This document shows positions 62,821 through 64,000 of a DNA stretch of 64,000 nucleotides, piece by piece. How positions within the stretch are numbered: the first letter of the stretch is position 1; each line of letters begins with the position of its first letter. The notes below the pieces were generated by a model. The model did no database searches. It saw nothing but the letters and a program-made list of their open reading frames with translations, and was not told the origin of the DNA. The DNA comes from Podarcis gaigeae (Eukaryota): assembly GCA_964106915.2 (NCBI GenBank), contig OZ066924.1; one strand, given 5' to 3'. The position numbers and the translations under genes are program-made.

Positions 62821-64000
62821 CTAGAACTTATGCACATACCCAATGAGAATATTAAAAACCAAAGTGATCACTACCCAAGTAGATTTCCATTTCCACAACC
62901 AGGCACTATATCGCTGCCTCTTTCCAGATTAAAGGCATGAAAACCTTGGTAAAGGAGGTGTTTATTACTGCCACACCCATTGGGCCTGTGCTACTGCATC
63001 ACCAAATATGTCTGTTGGTAGAGCAGACATGTTGAGAAGAGACTGTAGAACAGTAGAAAGAAATCCACTCATAGGATGGTTTGTATAAAGAACAAGTTTA
63101 TACCTCATGAATCTCGAATTCACCAGACCCACAAATGCAAAGGCTTATTTAACAAGTGGGTTTTTAAAAATCTACTTAAAATAGTCAAACCCCCTTTTCT
63201 ATTAAAAATAATTGCCAGAGTAGATTACCATAAAATTACAATATATCACAATACAGCAATGCACTGTAATACAATAACATTATTGCATTAAATTATCAAA
63301 ACAGTAAACAACAATAATTAAAAAAACAAAAGCCAGTAATAGTAGAACTTCATCGGTGACATCATAAAACAGCAGGTGAGTTAATGAATTTCCCTTCCAA
63401 AAAGAGACTAATGTGAGCCCGGAGCTGTAAAGCCCTTAAAGAAGAGCTGTAAGATATTATTTCCAAACCAAACCACTTTTTATACAATGGATACCATTGA
63501 GAGTAAGAACAAGCCATATTGGCAACATGACACACACACCCCATTGCTTGTATTGAAGTTGTTTTTCTTTTTCTTTTTCTTTGAGCAGCTGTTTCACTCT
63601 ACCAGGGGAGAAAGAAAATAGTTCTCAACATTAATTCCATAAGCATGAAAAATAGCTCTGATGGCTTTCCATCAGGATTGCCTAAGAGTGGTTTTTATTA
63701 AGTCTAGAACCATCCAAATGCTAAAGCCTGAGCTAACAGGAAGTTAATGTCTTTTTGGCAAAAGTTTCAATGACTGTAATTTAAATTTCTGCCTTTTAAT
63801 GGCACCTTTAGGCACAGCTGACTGGATGTCAAAGAATTCTGCAAGCTCCCAAACTAGATGTGTCAGAACGCCATCAGATTAAAACAAAACACAACAACCA
63901 AGCAGAAGCATCTAGCTAAAGCCTGCTTTAGTTTTTGCATGTTTCTTCTGATTAATAGGAGATGAGTAAAGGTGATAAACGTTTACAGCTTGTTAATATT

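Noticed and set aside
1-64000. Naming a host gene, or inferring its strand from repeat orientation
   Set aside because: No recognisable exon. The longest LINEs are on the minus strand, but SINEs, CR1 and LTRs occur on both, so the bias is not decisive.

Overview
Non-coding vertebrate genomic DNA from a squamate reptile, most likely a lacertid lizard, judged from Sauria/Squam1, Squam2-like and Squam3-like SINEs and lizard-type CR1, L2, L1, RTE-X, Penelope and hAT/Tigger MITEs. No host protein-coding exon can be identified with confidence; the window reads as a large intron or gene desert with repeat-poor blocks that may be conserved non-coding elements. All recognisable coding sequence is retroelement-derived: a 5'-truncated RTE-X-like LINE (2141-4158), a young Neptune-type Penelope element with inverted pseudo-LTRs (22478-23544), and L1 and L2 fragments. 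Highlights: (1) a 760-bp solo LTR whose U3 region is one open reading frame ending in a Rev/Rex-like arginine-rich motif; (2) three hammerhead ribozyme motifs from two Penelope-like families, one with a full stem III in an element missed by the ORF track; (3) a three-tier nest (SINE > hAT > MITE, CR1 and Penelope) resolved by target-site duplications (TSDs); (4) CR1-tailed SINEs carrying different tRNA heads (Lys versus Asn). Family names come from recognition of sequence patterns, not from database searches.
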